Virus record (IMG/VR): IMGVR_UViG_3300036791_000399
Coordinates: 10,076-74,075 of that record
Length of the DNA: 64,000 bases
Source of the DNA: a virus
Direction: 5' to 3' (one strand)
Shown here: positions 54,845 to 63,321 of the stretch, in pieces
How the letters are laid out: each line of letters opens with the position of its first letter
Position numbering within the stretch: the stretch's first letter is position 1
Made by a program: the position numbers and the translations under genes
Notes under the pieces: generated by a model
What the model was told of the DNA's origin: nothing
Databases searched by the model: none
What the model saw: the letters and a program-made list of their open reading frames with translations, nothing else

Positions 54845-55096
54845 TCAGTCGCCCCCAAGATGAACTGACGAGCCAAGATAGCCACCATCGGCGCCGTGGT
54901 AGAACGTGTCTCCGTTGCCGAGGCGGGTTGCGCTCCCTTGGTATGAACCATCTGCCCCGTGGAAGAATGTGTCTCCGTTGCTGAGTACCTCGGCTGAGCC
55001 TTGGTACGAGCCATCTGCTCCGTGGAAGAAAAGCTCATCAGCAAGTGCTGGGGTTGCGGCTGCGAGGGCTGCGGCAGTGATGAGTGTTTTAAGCAT
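54845..55096 (-). CDS. secreted peptide with three 20-aa F(F/Y)HGADG.Y.GS repeats
   Basis: Signal peptide MLKTLITAAALAAATPALA; 60-bp tandem repeat x3; AGGAG RBS. Confidence 0.75.
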   Translation of the reverse strand: MLKTLITAAALAAATPALADELFFHGADGSYQGSAEVLSNGDTFFHGADGSYQGSATRLGNGDTFYHGADGGYLGSSVHLGGD

Positions 55097-55098
55097 GT

Positions 55099-55311
55099 TC
55101 AGTCTCCTAGTATGTCCAAAAGATCTTCGATCGCAGCCTCGGGCGTGCGCCCGGTGCCGACCTTGCAGCCAAGTTCGAACTGGCCAACCCAGGCGCCCCA
55201 GCCGTAGCCGTCAGGCGCCCCTTCGTTGGGCTCGACCGTGATGTCCTCCAATCCTCGGAGCCCGAGGCTCTTGGCGATGGCGTCCAGGACGTCGTCAGGG
55301 GGCGCGCTCAT
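55099..55311 (-). CDS. small hypothetical protein
   Basis: G.GRTPEAAIEDL motif; coupled to the HNH gene. Confidence 0.6.
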   Translation of the reverse strand: MSAPPDDVLDAIAKSLGLRGLEDITVEPNEGAPDGYGWGAWVGQFELGCKVGTGRTPEAAIEDLLDILGD

Positions 55312-55772
55312 TGTGCTGCACTTTTGCGATCACGGCCGCTTTGAATGTTGGCTACGTGTCCAGCGGAGATCTGATAAGCTCGGGCCAGTTGGCGTTGGCT
55401 GATGTGGCCACGCAGTTGTCTGATCTCCCAAACTTCCTGGTCAGTAAGTTTGCCATTGCCGTTGGCCGTGCTTCTTGGCGACCTCGCCCGCCCTTTCGCC
55501 ACCATGTCCCGGATATTGTCGAGTTGCGTTCCGAGGAACAGATGATCAGGATTAACGCATAGCGCATTGTCGCATTTATGCAGAACCTGAAGACCAGCAG
55601 GGATGGGCCCTTTGTGCAATCTCCAGGACGCCCGCGCCGCCTCGTGATCTCCTTCAAATGAGAAACGGGCTTGGATATGTTTTCGTCGCCCCGCAGCAAA
55701 GGCAGTCCAGAGCCAACAACCGGAGTTGGGCTCTGGAACGTATTTCGCTTCAAAACGGGTCAAGGCACTCAA
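55308..55772 (-). CDS. HNH homing endonuclease with C-terminal HTH
   Basis: PNSGCWLW, VLHKCDN..CVNPDHL..GT..DN..DM, KLT..V.EIR. Confidence 0.88.
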   Translation of the reverse strand: MSALTRFEAKYVPEPNSGCWLWTAFAAGRRKHIQARFSFEGDHEAARASWRLHKGPIPAGLQVLHKCDNALCVNPDHLFLGTQLDNIRDMVAKGRARSPRSTANGNGKLTDQEVWEIRQLRGHISQRQLARAYQISAGHVANIQSGRDRKSAAQ

Positions 55773-57784
55773 TGAGCGCTCCCTCGGATAGTCGCCAGAA
55801 GAGATGTTGGAACTTGCCTCTGATATTTGAGCACGAGCTTACGACCAGCGATTGCCTGACGCTGGGTCAGCAATGAGCGCGCTGCGAGATCGTGGCCAAA
55901 CGAAGTATCGAGGCGATTAAACCCGGCACCGTCGAGCATCCGCGCGCCATCGCACATGCCTGCCAGCATCTTCAGAGCCTCGTGGATGGCTTCGATCTGC
56001 TCGGCGGGCATATCCTGCTCGCCATTGCCTGCAGGCCCCTGGACGGGCTTCTGCGTGGCTGTAGCGACAGGCACGACAACCGGCGGAACCGCGAGAGGCG
56101 CAGGCGCTGCCGGCAATGCGCCATCGGCGCCCTTGTCGTCGACCGCGGCGGTGATCACGTCCATCTTCTCGACCAGCAACTGCGCCATGCGGGCGTCGAG
56201 CGAACCGTCGAGCACCAGATGCTGCACCAGGACCGAATCGACCTGACCGATGCGGTGGCAACGATCCTCGGCCTGGGCCAGATTGCCGGGAACCCAGTCA
56301 AGCTCGGCGAACACAACGTGGGCGCTTGCGGTGAGGGTGATGCCGACGCCAGCCGCCATGATGCCGCCGACGAACACCCGAACGCTCTGGTCGTTCTGGA
56401 AGCGGGCGACTGACTCATCGCGAGCCTTGAGGGTCTGCCGACCGTCGAAGGTGACGACGCCGAACTCGGCCAGGGCGGCGGCGATCTCATCGATCACGTC
56501 ATGGTGGTGAGCCATCACGACGATCTTGTCCTCGCTGTCCAGGCAGTTCTTGAGGTGCGCGACGACCTGGGGAACCTTGGCCAGGGCGACCTCGTGACGA
56601 ACGGCGGACGTCTCGGTGAAGGCGGCGAACTGGGCCTGATTCAACTCCGCGACCGCCCGCTTGTAGGCGCCGGGATCGGCCCACATGCGAGCCTCGTCAA
56701 CCCGTGCGCGCAGGGCGATCAGGCGCTCCTCGGTGTCGACGACGGTCTTGGCCTCGTGCGCAATGGCGGCCTTCTCGGCTTCGCTGAGCGGCTCGAAAGC
56801 GATCACCGAACGGCGCTTCGGGGGAAGCTCGGTCAGGACGTCGGCTTTCATCCGGCGGATCATGATCGAGGAGCGGAGCTTGGCCTGGAGTTCGTCGAGA
56901 TGCGAAGCGCCGTCCGTCGTCCAGCCGTAGCGCCCCTGGTAGCCGGCGCAGTAGCGCTGGGCGAACGACTTCCAGTTGGCGCCGAGCCCCTTGCGGTCGA
57001 GCGCGTGAACGAGGGTCCACAGTTCGATCGGCCGGTTGAGGATGGGCGTGCCGGTCAGGAACAGCCGGCGGCGAGCGCGGATCGGGTTGATGGCCTTCTT
57101 GGGATCCTGGTTCCAGCGGCCGAGGACGTGCGCGGTGCGATCGGCCTTGCTGTTCTTGACGTAGTGGGCCTCGTCAACGATCAGGAGACCCCAGGCAATC
57201 GCGTCGATCTGAGCGCGGTACTTCGAAACCTGCTCGTAGTTGATGATGACGAAGCCGCCGGCCGCCGGGAACGCGCCGTTGGCGATCGAGACGCGCAGCG
57301 GACGGGTCAGCCACTTCTTGGCCTCGCGGCTCCAGTTCAGCTTCAGCGAGGCAGGGCAGATCACCAGGACGTTGGAAATCGACTTGTCGATGTTGACGAC
57401 GCCGAGCGCCTGGATGGTCTTGCCGAGGCCCATCTCGTCAGCGATCAGGGTGTCCTGGCGGGCCTGGGCGTAGGCGACGCCGGCTAGCTGATAGCCGAGG
57501 TAGGAAAGGCCCTGGGGAGCCGGAACGGCGATGTCGGCGGTGGAGGCGCGGCTGGCGATGATCGAGGCCTGGGCGCGGGCGTGAGCGGCTTCGCGCTCGG
57601 CGTTGATGGCGGCGATGGCCGCGGCGTCGCCCTGGGCGAGCTTGGCGGCGACTTCGGACTTATCCGTCCACCATGTCTTGCGGTCGGGGTTCCAGCGGGC
57701 CCCTGCGCCCTTCACGATGTCCTTGTCCGCGAACTCGGAGCGAATGATCCAGATATTGCCTTCGTTGGTGACTGAGATGGTCAT
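55769..57784 (-). CDS. SNF2-family ATPase/helicase (SMARCAL1-like)
   Basis: YQ, LIADEMGLGKT, IVDEAH, LTGTP, IRR.K, GVGITL, QAEDRCHRIGQ; GAGG RBS before ATG 57784. Confidence 0.9.
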   Translation of the reverse strand: MTISVTNEGNIWIIRSEFADKDIVKGAGARWNPDRKTWWTDKSEVAAKLAQGDAAAIAAINAEREAAHARAQASIIASRASTADIAVPAPQGLSYLGYQLAGVAYAQARQDTLIADEMGLGKTIQALGVVNIDKSISNVLVICPASLKLNWSREAKKWLTRPLRVSIANGAFPAAGGFVIINYEQVSKYRAQIDAIAWGLLIVDEAHYVKNSKADRTAHVLGRWNQDPKKAINPIRARRRLFLTGTPILNRPIELWTLVHALDRKGLGANWKSFAQRYCAGYQGRYGWTTDGASHLDELQAKLRSSIMIRRMKADVLTELPPKRRSVIAFEPLSEAEKAAIAHEAKTVVDTEERLIALRARVDEARMWADPGAYKRAVAELNQAQFAAFTETSAVRHEVALAKVPQVVAHLKNCLDSEDKIVVMAHHHDVIDEIAAALAEFGVVTFDGRQTLKARDESVARFQNDQSVRVFVGGIMAAGVGITLTASAHVVFAELDWVPGNLAQAEDRCHRIGQVDSVLVQHLVLDGSLDARMAQLLVEKMDVITAAVDDKGADGALPAAPAPLAVPPVVVPVATATQKPVQGPAGNGEQDMPAEQIEAIHEALKMLAGMCDGARMLDGAGFNRLDTSFGHDLAARSLLTQRQAIAGRKLVLKYQRQVPTSLLATIRGSAH

Positions 57785-57838
57785 TGGTTCCTCGGTGGTT
57801 GTGCCGAATGTTTGGGGGACTTGCGTCCCGGTCATCTT

Positions 57839-57865
57839 TGTAGCGAGTTCTGCGACAGAGGTCAA
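57839..57865 (-). promoter_or_regulatory. early promoter with embedded operator; overlaps a 13-bp perfect inverted repeat
   Basis: TTGACC-tc-TGTCGC-N7-GCTACA; TTCTGCGACAGAG / CTCTGTCGCAGAA. Confidence 0.7.
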
Positions 57866-57886
57866 GCACTCTGTCGCAGAAAAGTC

Positions 57887-58093
57887 TCAGCGGAAGAGGT
57901 CGAAGATGCAGGTGCCGTTGCGCGTCACGCGCACCTTGGCCACCATCTCGTCGTCGGGCTGCTCAGCCTCAATCGCGCGCACGTACTCGCGGCTCATGAA
58001 GTACTTGGCGCGCACCTTGGCGTCCTTGATCGTCTCGGCGGAGTCGACGGTCACGGTGCAACCGTCAGTGTCGAAGGCTTCAATCAGGTACAT
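57887..58093 (-). CDS. small hypothetical protein
   Basis: GGAG RBS before ATG 58093. Confidence 0.6.
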   Translation of the reverse strand: MYLIEAFDTDGCTVTVDSAETIKDAKVRAKYFMSREYVRAIEAEQPDDEMVAKVRVTRNGTCIFDLFR

Positions 58094-58162
58094 AGTCTGT
58101 CTCCCGGTTCGGCGGACTTGCCGAGCCTGCCCACCGCGAAGGATGGGCAGAATCTCCAAGTC

Positions 58163-59155
58163 TCAGTTTCCGTCGCTGTCTTCAGCCTCCATCGGCTCGT
58201 TGCAATCGCCGCAGATGAAGCTGCACTCTGGCTTAGCCCAGCAATTTATCCCGCACTCAGGGCACGAGTACTTAACCTTGAGTTTCTTCGTCGCCTTGGC
58301 CTTGCCCTCGTCGGTCCAGACCTCGACGTAATCGATCTGGACGCCCTGGCCGATAAGCTCGTCGCAGACCCGGTCGAACCACCCGCCAGGGACCACTTCG
58401 TGCGTCACCTTGTTGCCCACCATCTTGCCGGGTTGGTCGAGGCTGACCGGCTTCAGGTCGATCACGAGCATCAGGTCGCCCCACTCTTTATTGTGGTAGC
58501 CGCCCTTCCCAGGCTTGCCGAAATGGTGCTGCTGCAGGTGAACCATCTCGTGCGCCAGGGTCGACAGGATGCACTTGGTGTCGCGCTCCTTGAACGTGCT
58601 CGGGTTCAGCGCGATCTCGTCGGTCGTCCTGGCGCCGTCGCGGCTGGCGAACCGGCCGCCCGCGAAATAGCCGCGGCAATTGGCCTTGCGTTGCAGGGTC
58701 ACGAGGCACGTCGGCAGTCTGCCGGCGAACAGGTTCGCGTTGAGGTATTCGTAGGCCTGGACGAGGCTGAGATAGGTGGTCTTGGTCGGATCGGTGACGA
58801 AGACGGGAGCGGCCTTCTCCTCAATTGGGGGGGAATAAATCCCCTCCTTTTTTAGGGGGGGATTTTTCTCCGGCAGGTCGGCGTTGCGCACCCAGCTATC
58901 GCACGGCGCCACATATTTGAGACTGCCGCCAGCCGCCAGGATGCGGGCCTGCTTGACGTCGTTGAGCGCGTTGTACTCAGTCTTGGTGATCTCGACCGCC
59001 GCTAGCTGCCCAGCACCACGCTTCATGCTGAAGCCGTAACCATTGGCGCGCGGCCCGCTGACAACATGGATCCAAGCGCCGAGATAGACACGGCTGTTGG
59101 TGCCCCGAAACACAGTGACTGTGCCTTCGGTCGCTTTATAGTATCGCATAGTCAT
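58163..59155 (-). CDS. SprT-like zinc metalloprotease with N-terminal extra domain and C-terminal Zn ribbon
   Basis: N..LF.G.LP, EIALNP, LAHEMVH..Q, YHN.EW, CPEC..CGDC; AGGAG RBS. Confidence 0.85.
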   Translation of the reverse strand: MTMRYYKATEGTVTVFRGTNSRVYLGAWIHVVSGPRANGYGFSMKRGAGQLAAVEITKTEYNALNDVKQARILAAGGSLKYVAPCDSWVRNADLPEKNPPLKKEGIYSPPIEEKAAPVFVTDPTKTTYLSLVQAYEYLNANLFAGRLPTCLVTLQRKANCRGYFAGGRFASRDGARTTDEIALNPSTFKERDTKCILSTLAHEMVHLQQHHFGKPGKGGYHNKEWGDLMLVIDLKPVSLDQPGKMVGNKVTHEVVPGGWFDRVCDELIGQGVQIDYVEVWTDEGKAKATKKLKVKYSCPECGINCWAKPECSFICGDCNEPMEAEDSDGN

Positions 59156-59200
59156 TTGAGTCGCTCCTGGGGACGCAGCCTCTCTGCGTCGTACGACCCA

Positions 59201-59227
59201 TGTAGCGAGTACTGCGACACCTGTCAA
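59201..59227 (-). promoter_or_regulatory. early promoter with embedded operator (second operator at 59304-59322)
   Basis: TTGACA-gg-TGTCGC-N7-GCTACA; TGTCTC-N7-GCGACA upstream. Confidence 0.7.
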
Positions 59228-59488
59228 GCAGCGTTTGCGGCCAGAACCGACTTGTGGCTAGGACTGCGCAGGAAGGCCCAGGAGTGCCCGAAATTTTCCC
59301 CCATGTCTCAAGTACTGCGACATTAGACCCGCCTTAGCGGGCTTCCCTGGGGCTCCTGGGGCTATGCGCTGTCACAAAAAGTCGACGTTTTTGCAGAATT
59401 TTCTGCTGTCGCCGGTTCGGTGAATTGGGCATAAAACAGAAATCTCGAGCACAAGCCATTGATCGATAGTGGTAAATTGCTCTCGAGG

Positions 59489-59547
59489 ACCGAAATCGGT
59501 ATTTCGGTTATCCGAATTATCCAATTATCTCCAATTTTATCCAATTA
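59489..59547. repeat. AT-rich inverted repeat plus short TTATCC/CCAATT direct repeats
   Basis: ACCGAAAT-cggt-ATTTCGGT then TTATCCGAATTATCCAATTATCTCCAATTTTATCCAATTA. Confidence 0.6.
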
Positions 59548-59689
59548 CCTGCCGCAGCACCGTCGCGACGCCATGGAAAAACGGATCCGTCAGCCAGGGC
59601 ATCCCCGCGCCCATGAGCGCCAGCCAAACCGGCGCCACGATCGCCTTGCCCAGGACGGTTCCGAGGAAGGTTTGAACCGCGACGGTCAT
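59537..59689 (-). CDS. small hydrophobic protein (50 aa)
   Basis: ATGA coupling to the upstream HTH ORF. Confidence 0.45.
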   Translation of the reverse strand: MTVAVQTFLGTVLGKAIVAPVWLALMGAGMPWLTDPFFHGVATVLRQVIG

Positions 59690-59889
59690 CGCGAGTGCGC
59701 CTTCCGGCGCCGCCATGCCATGCCCTTCTTGTGACAGAGGGCCCGGTGAATTTGGTAGACCCGCGTCGGGGTCAGCCCGAATTTCTCCCCCGTTGCGTGC
59801 AGCGTCGCGCCTTTCTCCAACTGCGCCCAAATCGCCTCGTTGCGCTCGGCGCGCTCTTTCCGCGCCGCTTCGCCGAAGTAGCGTTTCAC
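59686..59889 (-). CDS. small HTH protein
   Basis: RNEAI..G.TL..GEKFGLT.TRVYQI. Confidence 0.7.
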   Translation of the reverse strand: MKRYFGEAARKERAERNEAIWAQLEKGATLHATGEKFGLTPTRVYQIHRALCHKKGMAWRRRKAHSR

Positions 59890-60083
59890 TTCGGCTGCAC
59901 CCCGAGCCCAAACGCGATCTCATTCAGCGTCGATTCAAGCCGGTCCATGCGCCCGTAAAATTGCGCCTCAAGCCCCGCTACCCTCTCCTTGAGGTCGGTG
60001 ATCTCCGTCTTGATCTCCCCCAGTTCGCGCACGGTCAGATCGTGCATCGTCAGCATCTGGTCGATCGATTCCGGCATGTTCAT
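59886..60083 (-). CDS. small coiled-coil protein
   Basis: Heptad pattern; GGGAGA RBS. Confidence 0.55.
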   Translation of the reverse strand: MNMPESIDQMLTMHDLTVRELGEIKTEITDLKERVAGLEAQFYGRMDRLESTLNEIAFGLGVQPK

Positions 60084-60252
60084 TCTCCCAAATCGCCCCC
60101 ATCCCCTTGTCCAGATGGTCGATCGCACTGACTAGGAAGGCCCGCGAATCGCTCAGCCGCCCCTGGTGCAGGTGGTATCGCGCGTTCTCGATTATCCGCG
60201 TCGCGAAGCCGCAGTGAAAATCAACGGTCGAGATCAGCCTCGCGCGGTCCAT
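59968..60252 (-). CDS. hypothetical protein
   Basis: ORF present; partly overlaps the next ORF. Confidence 0.4.
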   Translation of the reverse strand: MDRARLISTVDFHCGFATRIIENARYHLHQGRLSDSRAFLVSAIDHLDKGMGAIWENEHAGIDRPDADDARSDRARTGGDQDGDHRPQGEGSGA

Positions 60253-60433
60253 GCTCGCTCAGACCATTGGCTTTGCGCCAAGCTCTCTGTTTCGCACGAT
60301 CCCGCAGCCAAAGCACCATAGGAGGCGCTACAGGGCCAATGAAGTCTGGGGATGGCCGCCAGAGCGTCTCAAGCTCGGCGGCCGTCAGCGGGGCTCTATT
60401 ACGCTTGGTGACCAGGGTGATAGGGTCTTAAAA

Positions 60434-60838
60434 TCACTGCGTCACTCGCCCGAAGAGCCACTCATGCCGCGCTGGAACGCAATTGCAAAAACCCGCTGGC
60501 CCTTGCGCGCCCAACAGGTTCTGCTGCGCCATCTGCGCGTTCGCCTGCTGATGAAGAGCGTTCGCCTGCATCTGCTGCAGGTGATGAAAGTAGCTGGGAT
60601 CCACCTGTCTGACCCCGCCGGGTGGAACGGACGCCAGCATCTCCGCCTGGAGCCGCCTAGTCTCGGCGATGTCCATCCGCGTGCAACGCTCGCGCCAGGA
60701 CATCGCCAGGGCTTGCCACCGGTCGCGCTCGCCCTTCAGATCATCGACCTTCGCCTTCAACGCGGCGATCTCAGCATCACGGGGATCTGGTGGAGCAAGC
60801 TTCGCCGCAGCCGCTAATAGAAACGCTAAAAACATCAC
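60434..60838 (-). CDS. hypothetical Gln-rich coiled-coil protein
   Basis: Coupled ORF; C-terminal CNCVP. Confidence 0.55.
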   Translation of the reverse strand: MMFLAFLLAAAAKLAPPDPRDAEIAALKAKVDDLKGERDRWQALAMSWRERCTRMDIAETRRLQAEMLASVPPGGVRQVDPSYFHHLQQMQANALHQQANAQMAQQNLLGAQGPAGFCNCVPARHEWLFGRVTQ

Positions 60839-61089
60839 GCCTCTCCCTCAGTTGGCATCCGTCCGAACGCATCCTTGGCTGCGTCCTCGTTGTCGTCAGT
60901 CATAATCGCGTTCGCAACGCCTTTCATGAAATGCAGCCAGCCATCGACGTCCCAGCCGAACGTCGCCATGCAGTTGTCCTTCTCGTCCACCAGGACCGCC
61001 TTGTAAGTCCCGCAGCCGCAGGGACAGAGTCCGACCCACTGCACGCTGTCAGCCTGGGGGGTTTGGTTCGTAACGGTCTTCTTGCTCAT
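60835..61089 (-). CDS. small CPCGC protein
   Basis: Coupled ORF. Confidence 0.55.
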   Translation of the reverse strand: MSKKTVTNQTPQADSVQWVGLCPCGCGTYKAVLVDEKDNCMATFGWDVDGWLHFMKGVANAIMTDDNEDAAKDAFGRMPTEGEA

Positions 61090-61090
61090 C

Positions 61091-61453
61091 TCAAACCATC
61101 ATCGTCGGCGGCAGCGGCATATCGAAATCTTGTTTTCGCCAAATGTGGAGACAGGTGTCGGCGAACGAAATGTGCTCGACCGGCTTGACGTGAAACTGCA
61201 CCGCGACCTCGTCGTCTTTGAAAAACATCCGCTTGACGAACTCCATCTCATGCCAGTTCGGGCAGCGATTCTTCAGACTCACGCTGAGATGATCCCACCC
61301 GCCAGCCGATGATGCAATCACTAGCAGATGCGCGCCCGTCCGCGAGTAGAAGACCTGGAACACGCCGCACGTTCCATCGCCATGCGAGCCATAGAGCCGC
61401 AGCACCTCGTCGTCGGTGCGGCGATACTGGTTAAGCTCGTCCAGGTCACGCAT
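61091..61453 (-). CDS. phage protein with His-rich putative metal site
   Basis: GWDHLSVS..RCPNW.EM..VK..FF..H..H..CLHIW. Confidence 0.75.
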   Translation of the reverse strand: MRDLDELNQYRRTDDEVLRLYGSHGDGTCGVFQVFYSRTGAHLLVIASSAGGWDHLSVSLKNRCPNWHEMEFVKRMFFKDDEVAVQFHVKPVEHISFADTCLHIWRKQDFDMPLPPTMMV

Positions 61454-61793
61454 GAAGCCCAGACTTCCCGCGCAGCCGGTCGAGCGTCTCAATAATCTCC
61501 GTGCAGATCGCTCGGATCTCCGCGGGAGCCTCGTCGCTGGTCATCGCCTGACGCGCCACCATCATTGCAGCCGAGACCTTCGCCGCCTCCGGTAATTTGC
61601 CGAACTGCTCGACGAATGGATTCGCCACTTGGCTCGGGATCTCCTCGGCGACCTCCTCGATCAGTTGGTGCGAGACTCGAACGATCTTGCGCCACGTCTT
61701 CCCGCCGCCCTTCATTCTCAGCGTGATGGCGCGCAGAAACAGCGCCGTGTCGACGGCGTCCTGGCAGACCTGCAGCGTGGAGGGCTTATTCAT
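61446..61793 (-). CDS. hypothetical protein
   Basis: GGAGG RBS before ATG 61793. Confidence 0.6.
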   Translation of the reverse strand: MNKPSTLQVCQDAVDTALFLRAITLRMKGGGKTWRKIVRVSHQLIEEVAEEIPSQVANPFVEQFGKLPEAAKVSAAMMVARQAMTSDEAPAEIRAICTEIIETLDRLRGKSGLHA

Positions 61794-62016
61794 GCTTGTC
61801 CTCCTCCAGCGGGATTGGCTCGGCGTAAACGATATGATGGATCCGCGGCCCGCTCGGCAGCGTCGGCATCTTTTCATGGCAACGCCCCAGGCACTCCCAT
61901 AAGCCCAGCCCAGGGTCATGCAAGCCAACCGGCCCCTTGCAAAACACGCACCGCAAACCGGGCTCGGGCTTGCCTTCGTTAGCCACGGTCCTTGTCCTCC
62001 GCATGTTCGGGCCCAA
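61786..62016 (-). CDS. small Cys4 protein (start uncertain)
   Basis: CVFC..C..RC. Confidence 0.5.
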   Translation of the reverse strand: MGPNMRRTRTVANEGKPEPGLRCVFCKGPVGLHDPGLGLWECLGRCHEKMPTLPSGPRIHHIVYAEPIPLEEDKHE

Positions 62017-62161
62017 ACAGAATCCGCACTGTTTCCGGATCTGAAATCAACGCCCCGTTTTCGTCGCGCACGATGACGAAGGCCAGCCATTGAGCCGCCG
62101 CGGGAGAACGCCAGTAAGATCCCTCGCTGGCGTAAACGACGATCGGCTGCAGCTTAGCCAT
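61979..62161 (-). CDS. small hypothetical protein
   Basis: Tightly packed in the operon. Confidence 0.5.
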   Translation of the reverse strand: MAKLQPIVVYASEGSYWRSPAAAQWLAFVIVRDENGALISDPETVRILFGPEHAEDKDRG

Positions 62162-62381
62162 GGTTCTTGTCCTTCACCCTCGCTCCCTTGACCCCAAACT
62201 TCGCCTCTAGCCAGCGCCGCTGCTCCTCAGTGTCCAGCCCCATCCGGCGCCGCGTCTCAAGGTTCATCTCGTTCGTCTCGCGCAGCTTGCGAAAGAGCGC
62301 GATCTGGCGCGCGTAAATCACCCCCAGGACAATGAACAACAGGAAGTCGACACACGCGAGAAACACCTGGGCGACGGTCAT
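62154..62381 (-). CDS. single-TM protein
   Basis: Hydrophobic N-terminus; ATGA coupling. Confidence 0.55.
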   Translation of the reverse strand: MTVAQVFLACVDFLLFIVLGVIYARQIALFRKLRETNEMNLETRRRMGLDTEEQRRWLEAKFGVKGARVKDKNHG

Positions 62382-62638
62382 TGTCGGCTCGCGTCGTTGA
62401 AGGCTGCGTGCATCGCCAGGATCAACGGCTTCACCAATCCCGCATCCACTGGGCTCGTCGAGTTGAGACACGTAATCCGGTGCCACGCCCGTCGCTGCCG
62501 CGACGTCGCTGCGTCGTAAGCCCTGCAGGCGATCGTCGTCGCGCGCACGTCCATAGCGCCCGTCGCGGGGTCAAACACCACCGGTCGACAACCCGGACAG
62601 CCCTCGGGGTCATGGTCCCGGCTGCGAAAGTCAGTCAC
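62378..62638 (-). CDS. small Cys/His protein
   Basis: H.P.GCPGC..AWH.ITC.NS. Confidence 0.6.
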   Translation of the reverse strand: MTDFRSRDHDPEGCPGCRPVVFDPATGAMDVRATTIACRAYDAATSRQRRAWHRITCLNSTSPVDAGLVKPLILAMHAAFNDASRQ

Positions 62639-62865
62639 TGCTTCTTCTCCCCGGCTTGCACAACGCTGACGAAATAATCGAGCGCAACATCAGCAAGCCG
62701 ATCGCACAGGAACTCCATCTGCGCCCGCTCCTCGCCCTCCCACTTGCGGGCCAGACCGAACACCTTGACGAACTCGGCCGACAGCGCCGAAGTCGAAATG
62801 TTCACCACAGCATTGGCCGCCGTGATCACGGTCTTCTCGTCCCAGTCCTTGGGGTCGTCGCTCAT
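62635..62865 (-). CDS. small hypothetical protein
   Basis: GAGG RBS; coupled. Confidence 0.55.
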   Translation of the reverse strand: MSDDPKDWDEKTVITAANAVVNISTSALSAEFVKVFGLARKWEGEERAQMEFLCDRLADVALDYFVSVVQAGEKKQ

Positions 62866-63138
62866 GGCAGCACCTCACCGTTCCGTCGCTATCCCGTCGA
62901 GGCTCAACAGAGCATCAACGATCAGCCACACGAGCGCCGCCTTGGCCTCGTCAGTCCATTGCGGAAACAGCGCCGCAACGACGATCGTCGCATTGCGCAC
63001 GTACTGATCTTTGTCAGGCATCAGCCTCTCCTCATGTCCAGCCTCTTCACCCAATCGTAAAGATAAGCCCCCAGGAACGAGCCAAAGAACGCCGCGCCAA
63101 ACACCAACACCACCTGGACGAAGTCGATCATCGTCGCC

Positions 63139-63321
63139 TCACAGAAAGTCGCTCGGCTCACAGTCCTCGTGCAAGTACTGTCTCACGAGCTTCGCCAGCA
63201 CCTCCATTTGCCGGTCGGTCAAGCCGCCCTCCCAGTCGGTGATGCAGATGATGAACTCCTCCTCCCACTTGGACAGGGGCTCTTCGGCGAGCCGCTCACA
63301 GGCCTCGTGCCGGTCGATCAT
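63139..63321 (-). CDS. small phage protein
   Basis: LS.WE.EFI..LT.RQ..VL; AAGGAG RBS. Confidence 0.65.
   Translation of the reverse strand: MIDRHEACERLAEEPLSKWEEEFIICITDWEGGLTDRQMEVLAKLVRQYLHEDCEPSDFL

Noticed and set aside
901-57784. Inteins in the portal, helicases or primase
   Set aside because: No Cys/Ser...His-Asn splice junctions or LAGLIDADG blocks; extra portal length is explained by the C-terminal extension
55892-58855. Plus-strand ORFs 56501-57487, 57603-58331 and 57812-58855
   Set aside because: Shadows of the SNF2 and SprT genes
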